Source: Oopsacas minuta (taxonomy: Eukaryota > Animalia > Porifera). Taken from it: a stretch of 64,000 nucleotides of DNA. A model generated the notes under the pieces. It did no database searches. It was not told where the DNA came from and was given only the letters and a program-made list of their open reading frames with translations. How positions within the stretch are numbered: the first letter of the stretch is position 1; every line of letters begins with the position of its first letter. Location: NCBI GenBank assembly GCA_024704765.1, contig JAKMXF010000222.1, positions 1,678,400 to 1,742,399 on the forward strand. The letters run 5' to 3'. Shown one piece after another: positions 11,822 through 22,684 of the stretch. A program made the position numbers and the translations under genes.

Positions 11822-12446
11822 TATAATCTATAATTTTGTAAAATATGAAGTAAATACCGCGTATGGATGTAAAGAAATAAATAAATTGTATTCTATAGCT
11901 AAGGTAATTCATATTTAGTCAAGTTCACTACGTATTTTCATAAAAAGTATTAAATCTCACTATACATACGTTTATGGTGGTATATACGTTTGAAATTTGG
12001 GTGTACAGGATTGATTGACGAAAAATGCCCAGCCGACAGACTGGTAATCCAGCTCAGGGTTATTTGTTTAGTTCTTTTCAGGGAGGGCATACCCCTGACT
12101 CTCCGTCTAGATACCGCAAAGCACCAGACTCCGACTGATTTTGGGCTCGCGGATCTGAGAAAAATTCAGGTTAAATACAATACATACCAAGCTGTGTTGA
12201 CTTTCATGATAATCAATATTAACAGTCCCCAACTATACTTCCTGTTTTTATTCTCAAATCCAATGGTTAAGTTCCGAATAATTATCCCTGCAATTACCCC
12301 CTGTCTAACCTTGAAACGTAATAATCTAAAGCATCAATTTGAAAAATGTGCAAAAAGTTGTGAAAAGATGATTAATCATAAGTGAGAAATTTGAAAATTT
12401 GAAAATTGATATTTCATAATTCCCCTCACAAACAGTTAAAACGAAA

Positions 12447-12489
12447 AATTGTTAAGAGGCATTCGATTCACGAGTGCCTCTTAACAATT
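12447..12489. repeat. Near-perfect hairpin (19-bp stem, 5-nt loop)
   Basis: AATTGTTAAGAGGCATTCG-ATTCA-CGAGTGCCTCTTAACAATT (18/19 Watson-Crick, remaining pair G-T). Confidence 0.85.
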
Positions 12490-13136
12490 CAAATACAATT
12501 AAGACTTTATAGGATATGGATCTCATAAAATCTTAATTTTAACAAAAGTGCTCTACTGTATATTAATGCTGCTAACCATTCATAGACCGTAAAGCACTTT
12601 TGTTACAATTCTCGAGTTACGTAGTTAATAGAGTAATAGGGTGGCCACCAGTGGTGGTTTGGAAAGCGAAGTAGGGGGTTCCCTATTCAAGTGAACCCTT
12701 TTCTTAGAAAACCTCGGTGAAAAGTGGCCCCCGCCCAGTCAATTAGATACAAATCGTCTTCATTTTTATTCTTTACGCCCCTGTTGTCTTAGAGTGTTTT
12801 TATTGCTTGTGGATCCAGATTTTTTAATTGTACTAGAGCTATTTATGAGAAGTTTTTACGGTCCCTGCATGTCGAGTTGACTGGCATTCTGTAATAGTAC
12901 AACTGCAAAGCAGTTTCTGTATTGTACACTCATCTCGTGAAGCGACCTAACGGGCGAAGCGCGCTTGTATCAATAAAAACAACAAAGAAATTTAAATTTA
13001 CATATAAGAAACTGAAGATGCTAATTAATTAAATTCAGCTCTGTGCATATTGTAATTTCAACAATTAATTAATTAAAAAGTATCATATATAGAAAATATA
13101 ATTAACAAAACTTTTATAACATGTGATCAATAAATA

Positions 13137-14372
13137 TTAATGCAGTTTGGAAGATATAAGATTAATCAAATGTGGAGGAATCTTTTCATACATAAATTGG
13201 TCAATTTTTTCAATTCGATTAACAATAAATTCAACACAAAGATATTCTAGTTTCTTCAACCCAAACTCCATGTGTATCATCCCTGGTACGGTGTCACTAT
13301 ACATTCTTTCAGGGCCTACTAATGATCCTTGGCATCCACCAAACACGTAAATCTCAGCAGTCTTTGTTCTTGTGTTAAAGAAGGAACAAGATCTGGACCA
13401 TAGTCTAGGTACAGGTTGATTACTAATACTGTGTCCTATAGATGTCCATTTCATTGATTGACAATCCAACAGCCAGTAATCGTTGATAATCTTATTGTTA
13501 TTATCCATGCCCCAGAAACCGACAACCTTTGGGTTAGGTGAGGTCGGATTAGACACGAGGTGTGTCAAGAAGAGACACCTCTCATCAGGCCATGGTTCGA
13601 GTGGACTTAGGGGTTTGATAATTAAATTCCAGGTGTTTGTGGATATATTTAGTAGATATACGTCACTAACTCGTTTTAGTTGAGTTCTGCCACCAAACAA
13701 GAGGGCACGATCATTATCTATTTTGATGAAAGAGCTGGCTGCCCGAGGCTCAGGGAGAGGTCCACTGAATTGCACATAAGACCACACGTTTGTTTCAGTG
13801 TCATATTTGTAAAACTCATTGTTCCAACCAGCTCCTGACCCTTTCAAATCGTTATGAAAAGAGGCACCAGGTTGTAGATCTGAAAAAGCATAACTCCAAC
13901 CACCAAATATATAGAATGACTTCTCATGAGAGAGCATTGCTAACTTGTCCCTTGGGAAAGGCTTCTTTCCACTATCATTTAATTTCTTCCATTTTAGACT
14001 CAATGTATCGAATACAGAGTTAGTGTTACTAAACACACTTGCATAACCTCCGAACACATATATTCTGTGGCCAACAGAACACACACCACTTCCAGAATAA
14101 GCCTTAATTTTATCTCCCTGTGTCTTAATGGAATGCCAGGACTGTTTAACTATATCATACACATGCATTATCTGTTTCTCACTATCCCTATGTATTTCAT
14201 TAAAACACCCTGGGCTGGTAGAATACCCATTCCACAAGTAGATCTTCCCTTCTACCCGCTCAAAGTTGAATCCCATCCTGCTATCAGGTTCTCCCATTTC
14301 TTTCTTACCCCCACTACTGTGTATGATCAACATTTCAACCAAAATCCTGTAACAAACTACAAATCCGAACAA
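13137..14372 (-). CDS. Kelch-domain protein KLHDC1/2-like (CRL2 substrate receptor type)
   Basis: Kelch repeats (IYVFGGY, PRDKL...FYIFGGW, GWNNEFYKYDTETNVWS, PEPRAA...LLFGGR) and a C-terminal BC/Cul-box-like L..LC...IPPHL segment. True start is probably a downstream ATG (MLIIHS or MGEPD) after acceptor TTGTTACAG. Confidence 0.75.
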   Translation of the reverse strand: MFGFVVCYRILVEMLIIHSSGGKKEMGEPDSRMGFNFERVEGKIYLWNGYSTSPGCFNEIHRDSEKQIMHVYDIVKQSWHSIKTQGDKIKAYSGSGVCSVGHRIYVFGGYASVFSNTNSVFDTLSLKWKKLNDSGKKPFPRDKLAMLSHEKSFYIFGGWSYAFSDLQPGASFHNDLKGSGAGWNNEFYKYDTETNVWSYVQFSGPLPEPRAASSFIKIDNDRALLFGGRTQLKRVSDVYLLNISTNTWNLIIKPLSPLEPWPDERCLFLTHLVSNPTSPNPKVVGFWGMDNNNKIINDYWLLDCQSMKWTSIGHSISNQPVPRLWSRSCSFFNTRTKTAEIYVFGGCQGSLVGPERMYSDTVPGMIHMEFGLKKLEYLCVEFIVNRIEKIDQFMYEKIPPHLINLISSKLH

Positions 14373-14741
14373 TTTAGCAAATATGTTAGTATTTAGAGCT
14401 ATTAAATTCGTTCATTCTCAGGGCGAGTATATTATTTGTTAAATAAGTGAAGAGTGAACAATTTAGAAAACAGGTAAGGTATTGTAATACAATTGGAATT
14501 TCCATATTGGCGCGAAGTGTCTGTTCCATAATTAAAATAGCTTAAACTGGACTCAGGCCTTTATCTGGGTGGTTTATGGAACAATATTCTGTGATTTACA
14601 AGGCTAAATGTGCAACAAACAATAATTTGAATTCTCTTGGAAGATGGCACTCTGTTCTACATAAAACGGACTTATAGTTTACGAGATATGGACATGTAAA
14701 GTGGTTGAGCCAATATAAATTGTTGCTTATCTTTTCAGTTG

Positions 14742-15471
14742 TATGTGCTAAGGGAGATGTTGCCATTTGGAACATGTTAACATCTACCGCGGGAGATGTT
14801 GACATTATTGGTTTATACATCTTCTAAATATTGTTCTTACTAGAAAACATCACAAGACTCCCAAAGTATTGCTTCACTTTGATCTAGTGAAACTTTTGCC
14901 ATCATTTTACTAATTAACCGCAAGAAAACAACACATATTTGTTGACAAACTATTTGTTCCGTTATCTTGTGGTGTAAAGGCTACCACCCTGCGAAACCTG
15001 TTTGCTCCTTTGCTCAGTAAAGTTGGTAGAACAATTCTTCAAATCCAATAATCGCAGGATGTGTGACTGTACGGATCTATGTAGCGTAATTCCTTAACTC
15101 CAATGCTCTCTAGGAGTTGCTCAATTATGTGATTCATATCTTCTTTATCCCAAATTCTACACTTTGGCTCCTGTTTTTTGACAAGTATTTCATCCTCAAA
15201 CTTACGACGATGATAAGATAATCGACTGTCAGTCATGTAATGGAAGGTTTACGAAAGGATTGGTTATTTTCACTAAACTTCTCATTTAAGTATTTTGCGG
15301 TGTTGGAAGTACATATATATTCGTGAGTGATGGTGCTATCCGTACCGCCTTTGAATTTTGCGTTTCAGAAGCCATGAAATAGCATTTAGGGAATGTATAA
15401 ACCAATAATGTTAACATCTCCCGCGGTAGGTGTTAACATGTCCCAAACGTCAACATCTCCCTTAGCACACA
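14742..15471 (-). mobile_element. Non-autonomous DNA transposon with ~80-bp TIRs and decayed integrase-like fragment
   Basis: TIRs 14742-14820 and 15393-15471 (T(A/G)TGTGCTAAGGGAGATGTTG...ATTATTGGTTTATACAT). The internal minus-strand remnant (SYHRRKFEDEILVKK...; EELFYQLY*AKEQTGFAG) weakly recalls KRBA2/Ginger-type integrase N-termini. Confidence 0.7.
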
Positions 15472-15958
15472 TGAATGGAAATACTTTAATGTACTGTTGC
15501 GTAGTATTTTGAGATTCTTGTATTAAGTAACACCATGGATACTCATATCGTCGTATTTGAGGAGAGTACAGAATTCTGAGATTTAAGTATGTAACACGAA
15601 TTGTGCATGTGATTCATTGTAATTTGGTGATAAATGTGTGCTGAGATTCTGTGTTACTTACAAAAGTACATAAACTCCTACATTATCGAAGTTACAATTC
15701 TTTGATAATTCAAAATACTTTTACGTGAATTTTATATTTGTTTTCTGAAATTTTTTCTCTCTTATAAATTTACGTTATATTATGTATATTTAATCTGTTT
15801 ATTGTAAACTTACATGTTTGTTTGAATATTTCATTTTTATGTAGTTTGTATTTATTTATTTTAATTCATTAAACTCTGACACAATTAGTTTAGAGAGAAA
15901 GAGATGTTTTATGTTTACTTGCACACTCCCTGAAACTCTTATTAACTTTGTTAAAATT

Positions 15959-16136
15959 CAAGGTTGAAACCGATCGAACCGAATATCAGTATCCATGAAT
16001 AGTTGCTTAACCGAATACTGATATTATTCGGTTACATCAACCGAATACTACTAATAATATTCGGTTTGGGCCGACCGAAAACCGAATACTAATTATTCGG
16101 TTGAACCGAATATTGAACTATTCAGTTGCAACCTTG
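15959..16136. mobile_element. MITE built from ACCGAATA/TATTCGGT palindromic units
   Basis: TIR CAAGGTTG(A/C)AAC...GTTGCAACCTTG. Related copies at ~21925-22036, ~26372-26468, 53353-53471 and ~57665-57796. Confidence 0.8.
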
Positions 16137-16946
16137 ATTAAAATCAATAAAATGTTATTCAGTCATTTTGCGAACCAAAACTTAGTGAATAATTATCACT
16201 TTGTATACTGTATTTAATATAGGTAAAATATTGTAATTTGTAAGGCGCATTACATCCAGGAGTGTAGTGTAGGGGGAGCGGGGGGAGCAGAGCTCCCCCA
16301 CTACAAATTCAAGGGGGAGAGGCGCTCCCTCACTTTAACTTGATTATTGTTATTTTATTATAATAAAGGTAGATTAAGTTTTCCGGAGTTGCCCTTCTTT
16401 CGTTGTCTAGTCAACTCCGATTAATGGGGTAACATCGGCACCAGGCCATTTTCAACCAATTAAGCGGATTAAACGCGTTGGCCCATTCACCGGAATTATT
16501 TAACATCGCACTGCACTGTTTTGGCCAAGTGACCCTATCAACAGTGTGGCAATTTTGCATATTCTGGACCATTATAACGACGGTACAATTGGTTTATATT
16601 ACTCGTGTAGAACTGAGTTTTGGGTAGAGCTAGCGCAGAGACCCTCAATTATCCGAACAGTTTCTAAGAACATCTAAATTAGTCTTCATAATCATAATAA
16701 TCTCCAATGGAGTTCAAACAACATCAGTGATAGTATTACCGACGTTGAAATGATATATCCAAAATGGAATGAATATGAAATTATATACCCCAAAAATTAG
16801 AGAAATAATCAGTTACATTTCTTTCGTGAAATCCAAGGGTCGTTTCTTCAAAATGGAGTCACAGAAGTCAAGATAGTGGATTGTTCGATGATTCATCCCA
16901 TATTTAGCCTTGACTCTAGGTTACTAATATCTTCAGTTATTAGTAG

Positions 16947-17462
16947 TTAGCCTCCTGTCACATCATCTTCTCCAATTTTACAAACGGGATCCAGGCAAAA
17001 GCTTTCCACACCGCCACACTTGATGGCTGCTCGTAGAATTCGATGAATGTCAGTTTTAGGTATGCCCAGGGTCTCCGATAGCTGCCTGAAAGTAAAACGT
17101 CTATCTGTATCGATCTTGCGAGGGGACCAGGTCGATATTTCCCTGGTATCCCTTGAATTTTGGAAGGCATGAGTATCAGCTGTATACCAATCATTTTTAA
17201 AACACTCAATCCCAAGTAAACAGTGGATTTGGAAGGGCAATTGTCCCCATAAACTTGAACCTGACTTCCCTTGCTTCTGGGGAACCACATGACACTACGC
17301 TTGCTTTCACTGATTTTCCATATATGGGTAAAAAACAAGAAATTTCTGAATCCAAAACTTTTTAGAAATCTCTTCTATCTAGTTAAATTAAATGTGCCTA
17401 TGCCCTATAGTATTGTGGAAATTCTATAATACTTATTCCTAAGAATTGTGGGACAACCCTTA
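16947..17462 (-). mobile_element. Mariner transposase relic with one TIR
   Basis: Frameshifted HTH segment DRRFTFRQLSETLGIPKTDIHRIL...KAFAWIP (mariner WVP-like). Terminal TA|AGGGTTGTCCCACAATTC on the minus strand at ~17444-17462. Confidence 0.72.
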
Positions 17463-18192
17463 TATATGTATATGCGGCGTCCCTGAACATTAATCACATT
17501 ATTAAAATATAGTTCATATAAAATGACCTATCAAACATTCAATTTTAAGTAGAAATCGATGAAAATATATTTAAAATCGAGATATCAATTTAAAAATTTA
17601 TTAATATACACATTTAACATCATAAATTAATGAGAAAACATTTTATCCTGGAATCACAAGTTTTGATAAATAATTGTAGTTCTTACTGATAGAAATTATG
17701 TGATTTTTGATATACTCAAGCAGCTAAATTTCTATTTATCTAGCTTGATTGTGGAGATTAAAATTTTTACAAATGAAAGAAATGTCCAGGAAAAGTTTTG
17801 TACTAGGCAATAATTAATGTTCACATAGATAATTATAGCTATACTATTCCGAACAGGGATATCCTGCTCTAATTATAAGTATGGGAGCGGTATTTCAAAT
17901 TTCAAATTCAATTGAATATATTCTAATTTCTAATACAAAATTCAAACAATATACCGGTAATTGAATTAATAAGATAAGATATGAATAATATCAAAGGTTT
18001 AGTAGTAAATCTGAAAATAGAGTTCTAACAAGTGATTGAGTACCTAAAATTATTTAACTAATAATACTTCCAAATTACTAAAGAGTAATGATTAGAAAGA
18101 GTAATGAGTAGAAAGACTAGTAAAAACTAAGTAGAAAAACTAATAAAGGCTTGTTCTAAGAAAGTTATTTTCTCCTCGCTTGGAGAACTACT

Positions 18193-20958
18193 CTAAGGCT
18201 GAACTCTAACATTGCAAAGTATATAACTGTCATTCCAACTACCATCTGATTCTGGAAAAGTTACGCCATCTACTAGGTCTATTGATTTATCTATCTTTGC
18301 AACACGATCTTTAATCAAGATTCCTTGTCGCTGAATTTTGTCATGATGATACGTAATGAATACTTTTCTTTTTTGTTCTTCAGTATAAACTACGGTAGAC
18401 TGTCTATACGTATTGTCACTTATTCGAGTAGCATGAGTAAAGACATTACGCGAATAGAGACTACTGTCGGTGACAGTTATTTCTATCATACTAGAATAAA
18501 CTTCAGAACCGTGATCCTCAGCTCTGATTTTCATAGAAATATAAATAAAGTTTTCAGTTACGCATGCAGATAATCTTGAAACATTGGCTTCCTTATCAAG
18601 AAATTCCAGGATTTCTACAGACTTGGTATCAATAATCTCATAAATTTTATGAAAACTTAGAGCAAAAACACGATTCTCAACTTTACACACCCATTCAATG
18701 TGATGCTCTTCCAATTTTAACTTATCATAATGTGTAGGTGGATCTTTCCCAGCCAACCATCTGTACATGTCTTTTTGGTAGTCTTCCTGTGCACATAACC
18801 CATATGCATAATCGTTAGATATTACAACACATTGGATAGATGTAATCTTATCTGATACTCTATGTATCCAATCGACGTACAGATCTCTTATCGGTCCCGA
18901 TAAATCCAAATTAACATACTGTGGATTGTTTTTAGTTGCATGATAATCATAGATGCAAAGTTTATCTCTATAATCACAGACAGCACTATCATAGGCGATA
19001 TAATCGACTAGAGCAATGGTATTATGTGCACCTTCTTCCCATAATAATTCATTGACATGTGCTTGAAATAAATTACCCGCAGAATGATTCCCTTTCCTTG
19101 TAGATATGAAATACCTGTTTGAACTAAACTGAAAACCATTATCTTGAACAACATCCCTAGTGTACTTTTGAATTGGAGATAATGGTGGAGGTTCAGGATT
19201 TAGTATTTCATAAAGCCATTGTGCAATAGCCACAATAGCCCCTATTATAGCAATAGCCAAACCAACAGGCCCAGCCCAAGCAACGCCAGCCAAAGCAAGT
19301 ACACCAACGATTACTCCACTAAGAGCAATTAAGGTATTGAAAGCTTCGAAAATTATAACATCTAAGTTTCCCTCCATTATCGCTTCTGCAAAGTTATAAG
19401 CAGCAACACCAAGCGCAACAACACCAAATACTAGTGAAACTCTTTCAACTACTGCAGCAATCTTAGACTTCATGAATATCGATGTAATTATCTTGGTTTC
19501 CGCATTTTTAGTTAATTTAAAGCCCCGAAGAAAATTCAGATAAAATTTAGCAGCTCTCGCAAATGGACTACCTGAATCTGCAACACCTGATAGTTTGCCA
19601 AGAAAGTACTTCTTAATTTTAGTCACAAGTACAAGATAAAGAATTCCTTTTCCAGCATCTGTGATCGCACTTGAAAGACCAATAGCTTCAGAGATATTTA
19701 TAGCATTATTCTGATCTTCGAAAGTTGAGAATATGAAATGACCTAAAGCTATACCCAAGAGGAACTGAAATAAGGCAGTCTCTCCAGCAAGACCTCTTGA
19801 ATTAAAGATTAGATAGTCATCTTTAAGCCTATTGATGAATTCACTTCCCGTTGCTGCCATAGAATCTGTTGAATTTGATTCGGAGATCATTTCATGAGCA
19901 ATTTCAACACTGCCATTGCCATAAGTTTCAATAAAATTTTCCCAAAATTCTTTCACTATACTCCCCTCTTTCAACAATTCATTCATTGTGTCTATGTGAA
20001 GTTTTCGATTATTTCGAAGTGAATTTTCATCATTTCTATTTCCTATTTTAATGCTATATGCCATTCCAAGAATAAGAACACCAAAGTATTGACCTTCAAG
20101 ATCATTGATTTCTTCATCTGAGATACTGTCATCTGTAAATGATAAGCATCTCAACTTTGAGAAAATATTTTGAACCTGCGCTAGTTTCTCAGCAACATCA
20201 TATTTGTTATCCTGATTATTGATTGTATTTTCATCAAGAATATTTTGGACTCGTATTACATCACAATAGTGGTCATAGAGCTGTTTACCCCAATGCAAAA
20301 TACCATTGTTATCTTTGTAAGCTTTTAAACAGGAACCTGCTAGGTAATCTCCACCGTAAACTGTTTCAGTGTAATCGATAGCGAGGTTATATAATTCTGC
20401 CATCATAGACTTGAATTCTTTTGAATGTTCAGTTGTACCATAGTCACTGTTCGCTTTGATCATATCCCAAGAATTGAATGCTCGTCTATCATCTGGGGAA
20501 AAGTTATTGATGTCATCTGTTTTTTCATACTGTTGTTGTATTAACTTAGAAACGTAAAGTGGAGCTATTTTACTTGCTAATTGACCATACTTGTTATGTA
20601 TAGTTTCAACTCCTGGGACATTGTATATGTCTAAAATAGGATCTAAATATCCATTAAATTCACTAGTTACGCTGTAGTGGTCGCAAAGATCCTTTTTCAT
20701 TATTTCAGTAAAGAATCTATTAGCAATATATTGAGTTTCATCACTGAGAACATCAAAATTTATTCTCTCATTATTGAACTCTGACGTTGTAGTATAAGTA
20801 AAAATCTTATCAAGGTTCTCCAAAGTTAGATCAAAATCTTTCTTAGTTGTAACAACTCTATTTTTGTTGATTCTCTTTCTTTTGGCTGCAGCAGATACAT
20901 TACCAATGTAAATTGGAATTCTTGCCGTATCTTGGGAATATACTTCTTTTGAAGCCAT
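18193..20958 (-). CDS. 921-aa intronless orphan protein with central hydrophobic hairpin (candidate alpha-pore-forming/toxin-like protein)
   Basis: Uninterrupted 2766-nt ORF in AT-rich DNA, so very unlikely to be chance. No signal peptide; helical N-terminal half; Ala/Gly-rich hydrophobic stretch at ~19210-19460; PEPPPLSP hinge; beta-rich C-terminal third. The coding call is solid; the function is only inferred. Confidence 0.85.
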   Translation of the reverse strand: MASKEVYSQDTARIPIYIGNVSAAAKRKRINKNRVVTTKKDFDLTLENLDKIFTYTTTSEFNNERINFDVLSDETQYIANRFFTEIMKKDLCDHYSVTSEFNGYLDPILDIYNVPGVETIHNKYGQLASKIAPLYVSKLIQQQYEKTDDINNFSPDDRRAFNSWDMIKANSDYGTTEHSKEFKSMMAELYNLAIDYTETVYGGDYLAGSCLKAYKDNNGILHWGKQLYDHYCDVIRVQNILDENTINNQDNKYDVAEKLAQVQNIFSKLRCLSFTDDSISDEEINDLEGQYFGVLILGMAYSIKIGNRNDENSLRNNRKLHIDTMNELLKEGSIVKEFWENFIETYGNGSVEIAHEMISESNSTDSMAATGSEFINRLKDDYLIFNSRGLAGETALFQFLLGIALGHFIFSTFEDQNNAINISEAIGLSSAITDAGKGILYLVLVTKIKKYFLGKLSGVADSGSPFARAAKFYLNFLRGFKLTKNAETKIITSIFMKSKIAAVVERVSLVFGVVALGVAAYNFAEAIMEGNLDVIIFEAFNTLIALSGVIVGVLALAGVAWAGPVGLAIAIIGAIVAIAQWLYEILNPEPPPLSPIQKYTRDVVQDNGFQFSSNRYFISTRKGNHSAGNLFQAHVNELLWEEGAHNTIALVDYIAYDSAVCDYRDKLCIYDYHATKNNPQYVNLDLSGPIRDLYVDWIHRVSDKITSIQCVVISNDYAYGLCAQEDYQKDMYRWLAGKDPPTHYDKLKLEEHHIEWVCKVENRVFALSFHKIYEIIDTKSVEILEFLDKEANVSRLSACVTENFIYISMKIRAEDHGSEVYSSMIEITVTDSSLYSRNVFTHATRISDNTYRQSTVVYTEEQKRKVFITYHHDKIQRQGILIKDRVAKIDKSIDLVDGVTFPESDGSWNDSYILCNVRVQP

Positions 20959-22684
20959 TTACAATTATTTAGAATAAAATCTATTTCAAAGAATAAATAA
21001 GGAAAATTAGTTGGCTCGCAATTCTAATTACTAAATATTTCTCTTCATATATTAATTGCCATCTCAACTATCCCGGAATCTTAGCTCCAAGATCCCGGGA
21101 TTGTAGAGATAGAAATTAATAGATGAAGAAATAGTTATACGCTTTAGATGATGAATTTGTGAGTCATGACCAGTATTTTAGACAGCTGCATTCTCTGGGA
21201 AGGCTACTAGGTAACGTCCCAGGGATTTGGCACGTGTTGATAGAAAATGGAGAAAAAAAATTTGTAGTATAGGTTACATAATTGATAACCTATTACTAAA
21301 ACCAGACTTATGGGATCATTACGGGTAAAATATGGTAGTAAAATATGTGGAAACTAGGTTATATAGCCGGTAGAAGGATAATCAAGAATGATAAATATGA
21401 ATTTAGTATTTTCAAGATATATACGAGTAAATTTATTGTTGTTTTCATGAATATATACAAACAAATAATTGTAATCTTGTTAATTCGGAATATTGATTGC
21501 TAGGCCTTAGAGTCAAGATGGCAGAACTGATAGGGCCATTTACAAGTTTCTATCAGTCTCGATGGAGAGAGAGTAGAATTATTATTAGACCCATAGTCTC
21601 GCCAATCATGCCGGAGCTTAGGCTCATGAGATATAAGAATTTACTTTACATTACCTAAGTGTTCTCTAGAAGATACTGTACTGTGAAGTGGGATGATAAC
21701 ACCTTGCTTGGATGATGACATACGTTTCGATTCTTGAAGAGAAAATATGTCATAGCATATTGTTCTACTACCGTTTTGAGATCGGGAAGAGTTGAGAATT
21801 GTTGAAGTTTCAGGTGTTGAATGTTGAAGTATACTGATAAATATTTATTAGTATATTGATTGATTTACTATGCCTAGTTGAAAATAAGAACACCCAATGT
21901 GTTTCTCAACGTAACATATAACAAAGTTGAAACCGATCGAACCGAATATCAGTATTCATGAATAGTTGCATTACCGAATGCTGATATTATTCGGTTACAT
22001 CAACCGAATAATACTGATAATATTCGGTTTGGACCAATTCAAATATCACTGATTCTTTAGAATTGTTGAGTTAAAATCTCACGCAACAGGACTATATGAG
22101 CACTTTTAGAATCGTATAAAGTATTACTTACTAATATATAGTGATGGTTTTAGGGACCATTTTGGTCGACAAAACTAGTCCGAGAAATTTGTGGACGACC
22201 TATCTAGAAACAAAATTCAACGCTCCAGTCTCTTGTAACTAGCTTTAGAGTTGTCAGGACAGGTTTTAATAGATTAGCAGAGAAAACTAGCTACATGTTA
22301 TGCCAGTGCCTTTAGGATGTTGAGCCAGTTTTTGATGGATTAGCTATATTTCTAGCACTAATTGTCACTCTAGTGTAATTTAACTGCCTTGAGATTTGTT
22401 GGGACAGATTTTTCATGGGTTAGCGTCAAATATAGCCGCCGCAGAAATGCTATGTTGGCATCTCATTAGTCTTTACTTTTTCTTGGAGTTGTTGACAAAT
22501 GTATTTGACGAATTAGCACATTGCTCAAAAAAGTCTAGCCCAGATCAATTTTAGTGACAGGAATATAATTATGCAAATATTACGTTGTATATCACATTAT
22601 GGGAAATTATGCCAATTGTGGCAGGTAGAAGAAATTTCCAAAAAATAACCCCAAGTTCTTCTATATTTTTAATATGTTTGGACC

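Noticed and set aside
11990-12385. 131-aa ORF
   Set aside because: Non-ATG start, no motif; likely repeat-derived or random.
15959-16136. CRISPR-like appearance of regularly repeated ACCGAATA units
   Set aside because: Units are palindromic subrepeats inside a TIR-bounded dispersed element, spacers are not unique or of constant length, no cas genes are present, and the context is eukaryotic.
16370-16600. Moderately GC-rich stretch that might be a structured ncRNA (also 12640-12790)
   Set aside because: No tRNA cloverleaf, snRNA, 5S or hammerhead core could be identified by eye; an Rfam scan would be needed.
18075-18150. Degenerate purine-rich tandem repeat (AGAGTAATGA(T/G)TAGAA...) 3' of the orphan ORF
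   Set aside because: Only about two good units; ordinary low-complexity slippage.
21120-22560. Coding-looking fragments upstream of the 921-aa ORF (e.g. DDEFVSHDQYFRQLHSLG..., DGFRDHFGRQN*SEKFV...)
   Set aside because: Short, interrupted by stops, no family recognised. Possibly a pseudogene, but not supportable.
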